Positions 1 through 8,635 of a DNA stretch of 64,000 nt are shown here, in pieces. The notes beneath the pieces were generated by a model. It had not been told where the DNA came from, did no database searches, and saw nothing but the letters and a program-made list of their open reading frames with translations. The first letter of the stretch is position 1. Each line of letters opens with the position of its first letter. Source of the DNA: Myxococcota bacterium (GTDB lineage: Bacteria; Myxococcota_A; SURF-8; G963663525). The stretch lies in NCBI GenBank assembly GCA_963676915.2, contig CAXXVK010000013.1, positions 30,609 through 94,608 on the forward strand. The letters are read 5' to 3'. The position numbers were made by a program, and so were the translations under genes.

Positions 1-207
1 CATGAAAAGTGATTGGTTTACAATCTGAAATGCTTGTTTTTGCAAGATATCATTTTGCTGTCACCACTGAAGTGTTTTACAGCAAACGAATCAAATACAA
101 ACAAATACCGCTAATATGGATTGAGAATATCTTTGAAGAAGAATAATAATGATTAACATAATATAAGAATGTTTTCAAGAAAAGCTTTTAGAAATCAAGA
201 AATCGTT

Positions 208-268
208 TAGAAGCCACCCATAAAATAGTGGCAGAAAGGCGACAGGAGGTATTTTGGGATGGCTTGTA
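208..268 (+). repeat. Internally deleted copy of the ~160-bp palindromic intergenic element 'family 1'
   Basis: TAGAAGCCACCCATAAAATA and TATTTTGGGATGGCTTGTA are inverted repeats around GAAAGGCGACAGGAGG. They match the reverse complement of both ends of the elements at 25081-25248 and 44814-44970. The copy lies ~147 nt upstream of murA, in the same relative orientation as the other copies have to their downstream genes. Confidence 0.6.
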
Positions 269-414
269 CTCCTTCCTCCTCCGAAAAACTGGCGCTTGCC
301 TTTCCCGGTGATATAGTACAACCTTGTGTCGGGTCGGCGAAACATCGCCGGTTCCTTGCACGGTACGAAAAAAGCGGACCGATACTTCGGTGTCGATAGA
401 ACATAGGAAAAAGC

Positions 415-1692
415 ATGGAAAAGCTCGTGATACAGGGCGGTTACCGTCTGGAAGGCTCGGTGCGGATCGATGGCGCGAAAAACGCCGCGCTGCCGATTTT
501 GTTTGCTACGTTGCTTAACGCTGGGGAGAGCGAAATCCACAACGTTCCCGATCTCTGGGACATTTCGACGGCCTGCAAGCTGCTGTCGATGCTCGGGGCG
601 AAGGTCGAGCGTAAAGGCAATGTGGTGTGGGTGGATTCCGCCGAGGTCAACCACCTCGAAGCCCCTTACGAATTGGTGAAAACCATGCGGGCCTCCGTGC
701 TGGTACTCGGACCGCTGCTGGCGCGCTTCAACCAGGCCAAGGTATCGCTGCCGGGAGGCTGCGCCATCGGAGCGCGTCCGGTGGATCAGCATATTCGCGG
801 TTTCGAAACGCTTGGAGCCGAAGTGTTGCTGAAGCACGGCTATATCATGGCGCGTGGGCGCGGCTTGCACGGCGGGCGCGTGGTATTCGATATGCCGACC
901 GTAGGAGGCACCGAAAACCTGATGATGGGCGCGGTTCTGGGGGAAGGAATCACCGTGCTGCAAAACTGTGCCAGAGAGCCGGAAATCATTGATCTTGCAC
1001 GCTTTTTGCGGGCGATGGGTGCGAGAATCAGCGGCGAGGGATCGAGCGATATCGTCATCGAAGGCGTCCCGAAGCTTAACGATGTCCGCTACGAAATCAT
1101 GCCCGACCGCATCGAGGCGGGAACCTACATGGCCGCCGCCGCCATGACCGGCGGGGATGTGACGCTAGAGCGCATCCGCGTCGACGATCTGCGGTCGGTG
1201 ATCGACAAGTTCGAGGCGGCGGGAATCACCATCGACGAACTCGACGGCGACGGCACCCAAAGCCTTCGGGTGCGGCGGCCCGGGTTGCTAAAAGCAGTGG
1301 ATGTCAAGACTTTGCCCTATCCGGGGTTTCCCACCGACATGCAGGCCCAGTTCATGGCGATGATGACCGTTGCCAAGGGTCAGAGCCTGATCAAGGAAAC
1401 CGTGTTCGAAAACCGCTTCATGCACGTGGGCGAGTTGGTGCGGATGGGCGCGGACATCCGCCTCGAAGGCAACACGGCAGTGCTGCAAGGTGTTGAAAAG
1501 CTTCAGGGTTCCAGCGTTATGGCTACTGACCTTCGCGCCTCGGCGTCGCTGGTGCTGGCCGGACTTTGCGCCGAAGGCTATACCGAAGTCAACCGCATCT
1601 ACCACCTTGATCGGGGATATTCAGGACTAGAGGACAAACTCAACGCCATGGGAGCACATGTCGAGCGTCACAAAATGGACCGCAAACACTGA
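415..1692 (+). CDS. murA: UDP-N-acetylglucosamine 1-carboxyvinyltransferase
   Basis: 425-aa [28 protein letters not shown] and the active-site region [16 protein letters not shown] are diagnostic MurA motifs. Confidence 0.95.
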   Translation: MEKLVIQGGYRLEGSVRIDGAKNAALPILFATLLNAGESEIHNVPDLWDISTACKLLSMLGAKVERKGNVVWVDSAEVNHLEAPYELVKTMRASVLVLGPLLARFNQAKVSLPGGCAIGARPVDQHIRGFETLGAEVLLKHGYIMARGRGLHGGRVVFDMPTVGGTENLMMGAVLGEGITVLQNCAREPEIIDLARFLRAMGARISGEGSSDIVIEGVPKLNDVRYEIMPDRIEAGTYMAAAAMTGGDVTLERIRVDDLRSVIDKFEAAGITIDELDGDGTQSLRVRRPGLLKAVDVKTLPYPGFPTDMQAQFMAMMTVAKGQSLIKETVFENRFMHVGELVRMGADIRLEGNTAVLQGVEKLQGSSVMATDLRASASLVLAGLCAEGYTEVNRIYHLDRGYSGLEDKLNAMGAHVERHKMDRKH

Positions 1693-1947
1693 CGTATATT
1701 CAGTGGATAATGGCTATCGATGCACGGCCACTCTTCGTGCGGATTTCCGGGATGTTTTTGGTGAAATTTTGATAAAATAACGTGAGTTTGGAGGAACGTA
1801 GGCAAGCCTATGTGACCTCAAATTCACGTCATTTCACGTCAAAGCCTACGAGTTTTCAGCACAACGTCTGCGAAAAACGTCGCATTGTGCCGGAAATCCA
1901 ACCCTTTGTGCCGTAGTTTTCCATTCAGTATAGCATGGAGCAAACCA

Positions 1948-3509
1948 TCATTCGGCGTGACGTTCGAGCAGTCGGATGACAGCTTCTCGCAAAATTTCCT
2001 CGGTATGCAGACCGGCGGAAAAATACTCCTCGTAGTAGTCCGGGTGTTCGCTGGAATGGATGTCTTCGTATGGAAGAATATAGCCGATTTCGTTGTTGGA
2101 GAGGCCGAATTCCATCAGCAGGTGACCCTCGGGCAAGGAACTACGATAGCCCGTGATGGCCGGGTATTCTTTGACGCCGTATTCGCCGCCGGATTTCTCC
2201 GTCCAATCGTAGCTCGATGCCGGACGACCTACGCTGGTTTCGGAAAGCGCTTCTCCCGGCAGGGTGATCATGTGCATCGTTCCGATCCTAACATATTGAA
2301 TTGTATAGGGAAAACAGCCGCCGAAACCGCAGTACTCTTCGTTGTCCGTGATCATCTCGTCGTATTAAGGTTCGAGGATGCCGAGTTCGAAAGCGGTGAC
2401 GAAAACGATGTTGTCCATGGGAATTTCGATGTACTCGGAGTCCAGTTCGAAGGCATCGTCCATTTTCGGTGCATCGGCCAGTGCTTCGAGAGCGATTTCC
2501 GCGAGGATGTAGCCGAAGCTCCATGTTTTCACTTCGTTTTCTTCTGTGACCAGCACCGGCTGGCCGTCTTCCGAAAACCGGTTCTCCCGACTCGGTGCGC
2601 TCGGGAACGTCTACGCCGAGGGTGGTCATCAAACCACCCACCGTGCCGCTGAAATACACACAGGTGCCGCCGAGTTCCTCGTCGATTTTCTTTCGGGTCC
2701 AGCGGGGGAAATCGGCGCTGTAGACTTTGTGCGTGATCATACATTCGGGATGATTGTGCCAGTTGAGCATCGTTGCGACCGTCTGGCCGTTGAGATCGTC
2801 GAAGCGTGCCATGGTGAAGTGGTCGTTCATGATGTAGGGGCGGCGGGAATCCGAGAGCAGGTTGGGGTGGTTCGACTCGGGGACGTTGATCGTCGTCTCC
2901 GTGGCGTAGACCTCCACCGGCACCATGTTTTCCGACAACTCCACAATGAGATCAACCAGCGTTTCTACAAGAAAATCAATGTATTGCGGGCAACGTCCGG
3001 TGGTGAAATCCCCCGCCCCCCAAATACCTACGGAATCGGGGGCGGTGTGAGTATGGGTCGAGGAAATGGTGACATGCGTCCGATCGACGCCCAACGCTTC
3101 GAGGCGATCCCAAACTTTATCCACATCGGAGACGACCCAACCGACGAGATCCATTGACACCAAGACGGCGTGCTCGCCATTTTTTTCCAGCACGAGGGCG
3201 CGGGCTTCCAAATCGTCGTGGGTTTCTTCGGGACGCCGGTTGCTGCTGGTCTCCCCCGATGAAACATGGTCGCAAGGATGGTTTTCGGAGGTCGGCGTAA
3301 TCGTGCGGCTTCCGGCAGCGACATACAATTGACCGTCGCGAGGATTTTGGAACAGCCCGGTGGCTGGCAACATCTTCTTCCATGTCCTGCACGTCCACGC
3401 TGTCGTTGTCACCCGGAGTGACATCCGACGCGCCGGAGTCGTCGCTCCCGCAACAGGGAAGAAAAAGCAGGAAGAGAGAAAAAACGAATAAAACCAAGGC
3501 GTTCGGCAT
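1948..3509 (-). pseudogene. Neutral/alkaline ceramidase-like hydrolase lipoprotein, disrupted by two frameshifts and one in-frame stop (or by sequence errors)
   Basis: The lipoprotein signal MPNALVLFVFSLFLLFLPCCGS is in one frame (to ~3385). The ceramidase-type core HDDLEARALVLEKNGEHAVLVSMDLVGW..ISSTHTHTAPD is in a second frame. The continuation EDGQPVLVTEENEVKTWSFGY is in a third, with the shift near 2571-2577. An in-frame TAA at 2362-2364 precedes YDEMITDNEEYCGFGG. Confidence 0.7.
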
Positions 3510-3696
3510 CGGAAGACCTCTTGTGAAGACGAAAAAGTACAGGCTACGAAAACGCATCAACACTATACCAGATGCGACCGTATTACAAAATGACAGAAAA
3601 CTGCCAGAATTATTGTTTTGGGTGTTGGGACGGGTAGGGGGATGGCTTTGTGTCGTTGTGTCGGGTTGCTCTCTTCACAAATGGAAGCGGTCGTTT

Positions 3697-3719
3697 GGAG
3701 CAGGATGCAATCCTGCTCC
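3697..3719. repeat. Hairpin GGAGCAGGAT-GCA-ATCCTGCTCC (10-bp stem), repeated at 7419-7437
   Basis: Perfect inverted repeat 8 nt below the stop of lipoprotein paralog 1. The same core AGCAGGATGCAATCCTGCT recurs above the paralog array. No T-run follows on either strand. Confidence 0.7.
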
Positions 3720-3726
3720 ATCTAAG

Positions 3727-4820
3727 TTAGTCTTCGCATTCACTTGCCAAAGTTATCGATCAATCCTTCGAGCAATGTCACGGCTTCGGAAGAACCATTT
3801 ACCCAAGAATCTCCGATATAGTAATCTCCTCCGGCATTGATATCTGCCAATCGGTTATCACTCCAAAGGCAATTGAACTTGGAATACAAATAATCACCCA
3901 AAGGGTAGCCTTGCATGTAAATGAATCCCCCTGCTCGTTATCGCAGTTCTCCTTTAGATTCAAAACAGGTACTTCGGTACATTTTGCTTTCGAGCTGATT
4001 TGTCCAGTCTGAAAGTTGCGTACCGGTCAGTGTGCCTGTGCAATTCACGGCGTTCGATGCGTCGAATCCTTCGGAATACTCACGCAGGAGAGACCAGGAG
4101 CCTTCTTGGTTGATCGTAAGTCGCTGGGTAAGGCCGATCGTTTTGTCAAAGTAGCTGTAATCGATGGCTGTTCCATCAGCTATTGGAGTGTCGATTTCGC
4201 ACGAGTGAGGAAGTGGCGCTCTCAAGGCGTCGATTTCGTCTTTTAAATAATTCATATAAGCGCATCGGTGGGTGAAGTGGACAAATATCATCGTCGGTGT
4301 TTATGTAGTATGTTCCTCCATCGCCATCATAGCAGGCTGTATAATCCCATCCAAAATGTCCGCACAAATGATCTGTCGATGGAATGTATTTGACTGCAGC
4401 GTCAAGGATGCCGTTGAATTGTTCTTCGGTCATTTTACCTGCGTATCGGATTGATTCGGAGCCTGGATCTACTCTCCCATATCTATCTTCTTTGTAAACC
4501 AGTTCGTAGCTGTAATCTTTTTCGATCAACAGCATGGCATGTCGATCACGCATACCTTCGAAGGCCGCTTGACCTTGAGTCCAATAATCGTAATACAGCA
4601 GAAATTCCTCCGGGTAGGCGTCTTCGGTTGGGCAGTTGGAAGATTCGAAGTTGCTGATGTCCCATTCCTTTACGTCGCTATCCGCTGAATCGCCGGAGCC
4701 ATCCGTATCGCCTTCGTTTTGTAGATACCCGCCTTCGTCTTCATCGACGCAAGAGAAAAGACCGCATGCCAAAACCAACGCGAGGAGGATAAAAACCGGA
4801 TAGTGCGTTTTGCTTTTCAT
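3727..4820 (-). pseudogene. Tandem lipoprotein paralog 1 (frame-disrupted)
   Basis: Near-identical DNA to 6006-7235 over most of its length, with the same signal peptide MKSKTHYPVFILLALVLACGLFSC. The frame is broken by an extra T at 4286 (GACAAATATC vs GACAAAATC in copy 3) and by a C5 vs C6 run at 3927-3931. It ends TLASECED*. Confidence 0.75.
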
Positions 4821-4869
4821 GATTGGTTCCTGTCTGATAGACGTTTTACTCTCCCAGGGGGGGCAGCTC

Positions 4870-5948
4870 TCATTCTTCACATCGACTTGCCAAGGTTCTA
4901 AAAAGTCTTTCTATCGACGTCACGGCCTCGGAAGAACCTTCTCCTAAATAAGTAGAATCCAGACGTTCATCAATCCAGAGACAGTTGAACTTGGAATAAT
5001 AATATCCTTCATAGCCATCAGGATCATCTTGAAGGTAAATGGATCCGCCTTGCTCGTTATCGCAGGTCTCTTTGGATTCGTAACAGGTGCTTCGGTACAT
5101 TTTGCTTCCAAGGTCATCCGTCCAGGTTTCAAGCTGCTTCTCCGTCAATGTTCCGCTGCAATTCACGGCGTTCGATGCGTCGAATCCCTCGTCATACTCA
5201 CGCAGGAGAGACCAGGAGCCTTCTTGGTTGATCGTAAGACGCTGGGTAAGGCCGATAGATTTGTCATAGTAGTAGTAATCTATTGCCGTATCGTTGGCTA
5301 CAGGAGGATCGGCTTCGCACGAGTGCGGAAGTGGTGCTCTCAAGGCATCGAATTCATCTTTTAAAAAATTCATTAAAGCGCATCGGTGGGAGAAGTAGAC
5401 AAAATCATCGTTAGTGCTTAGGTAGTACGTTCCTCCGTCACCGTCATAGCAGGTATGTAATCCGAAATGTCCGCAGAAATGATCTGTCGATGGAATGTTT
5501 TCGTCTACAATATCAAGGATGCTATTGAATTGTTCTTCGGTCATTTGGCCTGCATATCGTATGGATTCCAAAAGCTGATTTGCTCTCGAATTTTTATCTT
5601 CCTTGTATATCAGCTTGTAACTATAGTCTTCTTCGACAAACAGCACTGCACGCCGATCATACATACCTTCGAAAGCCGATTGACCTGCTGTCGAGTAGTT
5701 GTAATAAAAGAGGGTTTCTTCCGGGTAGGCGTCTTCGGTTGGGCAATCGGAAGATTCGAAGTTGCTGATATCCCAATCCTCTATGTCACTATCCGCCGAA
5801 GGGTTGGAGTTATCTGAATCGCTGGAATCATCCGAATCGCCTTCGTTTGTAGATACCCGCCTTCGTCTTCATCGACGCAAGAGAAAAGACCGCATGCCAA
5901 AACCAACGCGAGGAGGATAAAAACCGGATAGTGCGTTTTGCTTTTCAT
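4870..5948 (-). pseudogene. Tandem lipoprotein paralog 2 (frame-disrupted, more divergent)
   Basis: Same signal peptide and domain order as copies 1 and 3. There is a single frame break at 5846-5848 (T3 here vs T4 at the equivalent site of copy 1). The rest is open to TLASRCEE*. Confidence 0.75.
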
Positions 5949-6005
5949 GATTGGTTCCTGTTCGTTTGACGTTTTGCTCTCAAAGGGTGGAGAGGTCGAT
6001 AGCGA

Positions 6006-7235
6006 TTATTGTTCACATTCGCTCGCCAAAGTTTCGATCAATCCTTCGAGCAATGTCACGGCTTCGGAAGAACCATTTACCCAAGAATCTCCGATATAGT
6101 AATTTCCTCCGGCATTGATATCTGCCAATCGGTTATCACTCCAGAGGCAATTGAACTTGGAATAAAAATATTCGAAAGGGTAGCCTTGCATGTAAATGAA
6201 TCCCCCCTGCTTGTTATCGCAGTTCTCTTTTGATTCAAAACAGGTGCTTCGGTACATTTTGCTTTCGAGCTGATTTGTCCAGTCTGAAAGTTGCGTATCG
6301 GTCAGTGTGCCGGTACAATTCACGGCGTTCGATGCGTCGAACCCTTCGGAATACTCCCGCAGGAGAGACCAAGAGCCTTCGTTGGTAACCGTAAACCGTT
6401 GGGTAAGGCCGATCGTTTTGTCAAAGTAGCTGTAATCGATGGCTGTTCCATCAGCTATTGGAGTGTCGATTTCGCACGAGTGAGGAAGTGGCGCTCTCAA
6501 GGCGTCGATTTCGTCTTTTAAATAATTCATATAAGTGCATCGGTGGGTGAAGTGGACAAAATCATCGTCGGTGTTTATGTAGTATGTTCCTCCATCGCCA
6601 TCATAGCAGGCTGTATAATCCCATCCAAAATGTCCGCACAAATGATCTGTCGATGGAATGTATTTGACTGCAGCGTCAAGGATGCCGTTGAATTGTTCTT
6701 CGGTCATTTTACCTGCGTATCGGATTGATTCGGAGCCTGGATCTACTCTCCCATATCTATCTTCTTTGTAAACCAGTTCGTAGCTGTAATCTTTTTCGAT
6801 CAACAGCATGGCATGTCGATCACGCATACCTTCGAAGGCCGCTTGACCTTGAGTCCAATAATCGTAATACAGCAGAAATTCCTCCGGGTAGGCGTCTTCG
6901 GTTGGGCAGTTGGAAGGCTTGAAATCGTTGATGTCCCACTCTTCAGCATCCTCGTCTGACGGATCGCTATCCGAAAGATCATGGTCGGGTACATCCGCAT
7001 CACTGTCTGTACTGTCTAGTTCCTCCGTATCCCCTCCATCAAGGGATTCGTCTATCTCTTCCCGTTCTTCCGCATCGCTTCCATCAAGAGGTTCGTCCAG
7101 TTCGGCCTGTTCTTCCGAATCGCCTTCGTTTTGAGGGAGATGGCCGCCGCTGTCTTCATCGACGCAAGAGAAAAGACCGCATGCCAAAACCAACGCGAGG
7201 AGGATAAAAACCGGATAGTGCGTTTTGCTTTTCAT
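6006..7235 (-). CDS. Tandem lipoprotein paralog 3 (intact), secreted Cys-containing protein of unknown function
   Basis: 409-aa ORF with signal peptide and LVLAC lipobox-like site and a long Asp/Glu-rich linker. Conserved Cys motifs are DHLCGHFGWDYTACYDGDGG, HRC, HSCE, NCTG and STCFESKENC. No family recognised. Confidence 0.8.
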   Translation of the reverse strand: MKSKTHYPVFILLALVLACGLFSCVDEDSGGHLPQNEGDSEEQAELDEPLDGSDAEEREEIDESLDGGDTEELDSTDSDADVPDHDLSDSDPSDEDAEEWDINDFKPSNCPTEDAYPEEFLLYYDYWTQGQAAFEGMRDRHAMLLIEKDYSYELVYKEDRYGRVDPGSESIRYAGKMTEEQFNGILDAAVKYIPSTDHLCGHFGWDYTACYDGDGGTYYINTDDDFVHFTHRCTYMNYLKDEIDALRAPLPHSCEIDTPIADGTAIDYSYFDKTIGLTQRFTVTNEGSWSLLREYSEGFDASNAVNCTGTLTDTQLSDWTNQLESKMYRSTCFESKENCDNKQGGFIYMQGYPFEYFYSKFNCLWSDNRLADINAGGNYYIGDSWVNGSSEAVTLLEGLIETLASECEQ

Positions 7236-7340
7236 GACTTGTTTCCTGTCATTTCAGGGGGACGGTGATTTCCGGATGAAGGTTTTTTGTGCGTCAAATC
7301 ACTCAAACGTTATTCAAGAAGTAACATGATATGTCTATCT

Positions 7341-7409
7341 CGTCTATTTTAGACGAACTCGGATGTTCCTTTTCCAGCTTTCTCTCAAATAATTACGATA
7401 TACGTGGTC
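7341..7409. repeat. 69-bp intergenic repeat, copy 1 (core GTTCCTTTTCCAGCTTTCTCTCAAATAA)
   Basis: Aligns without gaps to 7861-7929, roughly four-fifths identical by eye, with a nearly perfect 30-nt core. It sits upstream of paralog 3 on the minus strand. Confidence 0.65.
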
Positions 7410-7418
7410 TTTTGATGA

Positions 7419-7437
7419 AGCAGGATGCAATCCTGCT
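7419..7437. repeat. Second copy of the AGCAGGAT-GCA-ATCCTGCT hairpin
   Basis: Same sequence as 3699-3717. It lies 21 nt below the stop of the 7458-7670 gene and ~180 nt above the start of paralog 3. Confidence 0.7.
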
Positions 7438-7457
7438 CTATTGAGAGTACGAAATGG

Positions 7458-7670
7458 TCATTTCAGTTTTTTCGTAAGGAATACCCAAACGGCGATCAGA
7501 CCACAGGAAACGAGAGTCACGATGAGGGGGTCGGTGCTGGCATAGAGGGCACCCATCATCAGGACGCTGAAAAAGAAATGAAACAGCTTTTTTTGGCGCC
7601 AGCCGTATATCATGATACCCGAGGCGATAAGGCCGAAAAACGTGGATACATAAAGATATTCCGGAGTCAT
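7458..7670 (-). CDS. Small hydrophobic membrane protein (about 70 aa, 2-3 TM segments)
   Basis: MTPEYLYVSTFFGLIASGIMIYGW..LMMGALYASTDPLIVTLVSCGLIAVWVFL is strongly hydrophobic, and AAAGGGA lies upstream of the internal ATG. The longer ORF to 7751 is less likely. Confidence 0.5.
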   Translation of the reverse strand: MTPEYLYVSTFFGLIASGIMIYGWRQKKLFHFFFSVLMMGALYASTDPLIVTLVSCGLIAVWVFLTKKLK

Positions 7671-7860
7671 GCTAGAAGTCCCTTTGGGATTTGTTTCAAA
7701 ATCAACGGTACTCTTATAAACGTGAAAATCAACGGTTTTATTCCAGGTCACGAAAGACGAGGTCGTCTAGGAGAGGAGGACGACTCGTATTTGTCTCGAT
7801 GGGGTAGGAATGTATCCTGCTTTATCTTCGAATGTCGCTTTGGCTATCAATTGTCTTGCT

Positions 7861-7929
7861 CGTCTGTTTTGTTTGACCTCGGAGGTTCCTTTTCCGGCTT
7901 TCTCTCAAATAAAAACTTTGTACGTGGCC
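7861..7929. repeat. 69-bp intergenic repeat, copy 2
   Basis: Matches 7341-7409. It lies between the divergent small membrane gene and tmk. Confidence 0.65.
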
Positions 7930-7984
7930 AAAACGTCGGGAATGCTGTATAACCGAAGAACTCTTGAAGCATCCGGGGTACGGC

Positions 7985-8635
7985 ATGAATCCGAAGCATG
8001 AAGGAAAGGCTCCTTTTTTCGTATTGGAAGGCATCGACGGCGCAGGGACGACCACCCACGCTCGGCGGCTGGTGGCGTTTTTGCAAATGCAGGGGTTGGA
8101 TTGTCTTCCCACCGCCGAACCGACAGACGGTCCCGTCGGGCGGCTGATCCGAGAATATCTGGCGGGAAAACATACCGAGGATTCCGGCGAGGCGGTAGGG
8201 CTGGACCCTACGGTCATGACGCTGCTTTTCTGTGCCGACCGCGCCGAGCACCTCTCTCGTCGCGTGCTTCCCGCTTTGCATAGTGGAACGGCGGTGGTGT
8301 CGGATCGCTACTATTATTCGACCGTCTGTTACCAGTCTGTGGGTTGTGACGCGGATTGGGTGCGCCAAACCGCCGCCCATGCACCGCGTCCCGATCTGAC
8401 TCTGCTGCTCGATGTCGAACCGAAAACGGGACTCGAACGGGTGGGGGGACGTGGAAACCCGATGGAAGCCTACGAAAAACTCGATTTTCTCGAGCGAGTA
8501 CGGGAGAACTATCTTACAATGTTTGCCGACGCTCCCGAGGTGCGGGTGCTCGATGCCGGACGACCGCTTGAAGAGGTCGCCGCCGAGATCCGTCAACAGG
8601 TCGAATCCTGGCTGAAAGAGGCGAAACGTGAGTGA
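7985..8635 (+). CDS. tmk: Thymidylate (dTMP) kinase
   Basis: P-loop FFVLEGIDGAGTTT, TAEPTDGPVG and DRYYYSTVCYQ motifs. Start is ATG at 7985, or the upstream TTG at 7964. Confidence 0.9.
   Translation: MNPKHEGKAPFFVLEGIDGAGTTTHARRLVAFLQMQGLDCLPTAEPTDGPVGRLIREYLAGKHTEDSGEAVGLDPTVMTLLFCADRAEHLSRRVLPALHSGTAVVSDRYYYSTVCYQSVGCDADWVRQTAAHAPRPDLTLLLDVEPKTGLERVGGRGNPMEAYEKLDFLERVRENYLTMFADAPEVRVLDAGRPLEEVAAEIRQQVESWLKEAKRE

Noticed and set aside
175-963. 262-aa minus-strand ORF overlapping the murA start
   Set aside because: It overlaps murA in antisense and runs through the non-coding repeat at 208-268, with no recognisable motifs.
3927-5848. Phase variation by slipped-strand mispairing at the homopolymers that break lipoprotein paralogs 1 and 2
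   Set aside because: The tracts are only 3-6 nt long, well below the lengths that give appreciable slippage. One disruption (4286) is not a homopolymer length change.
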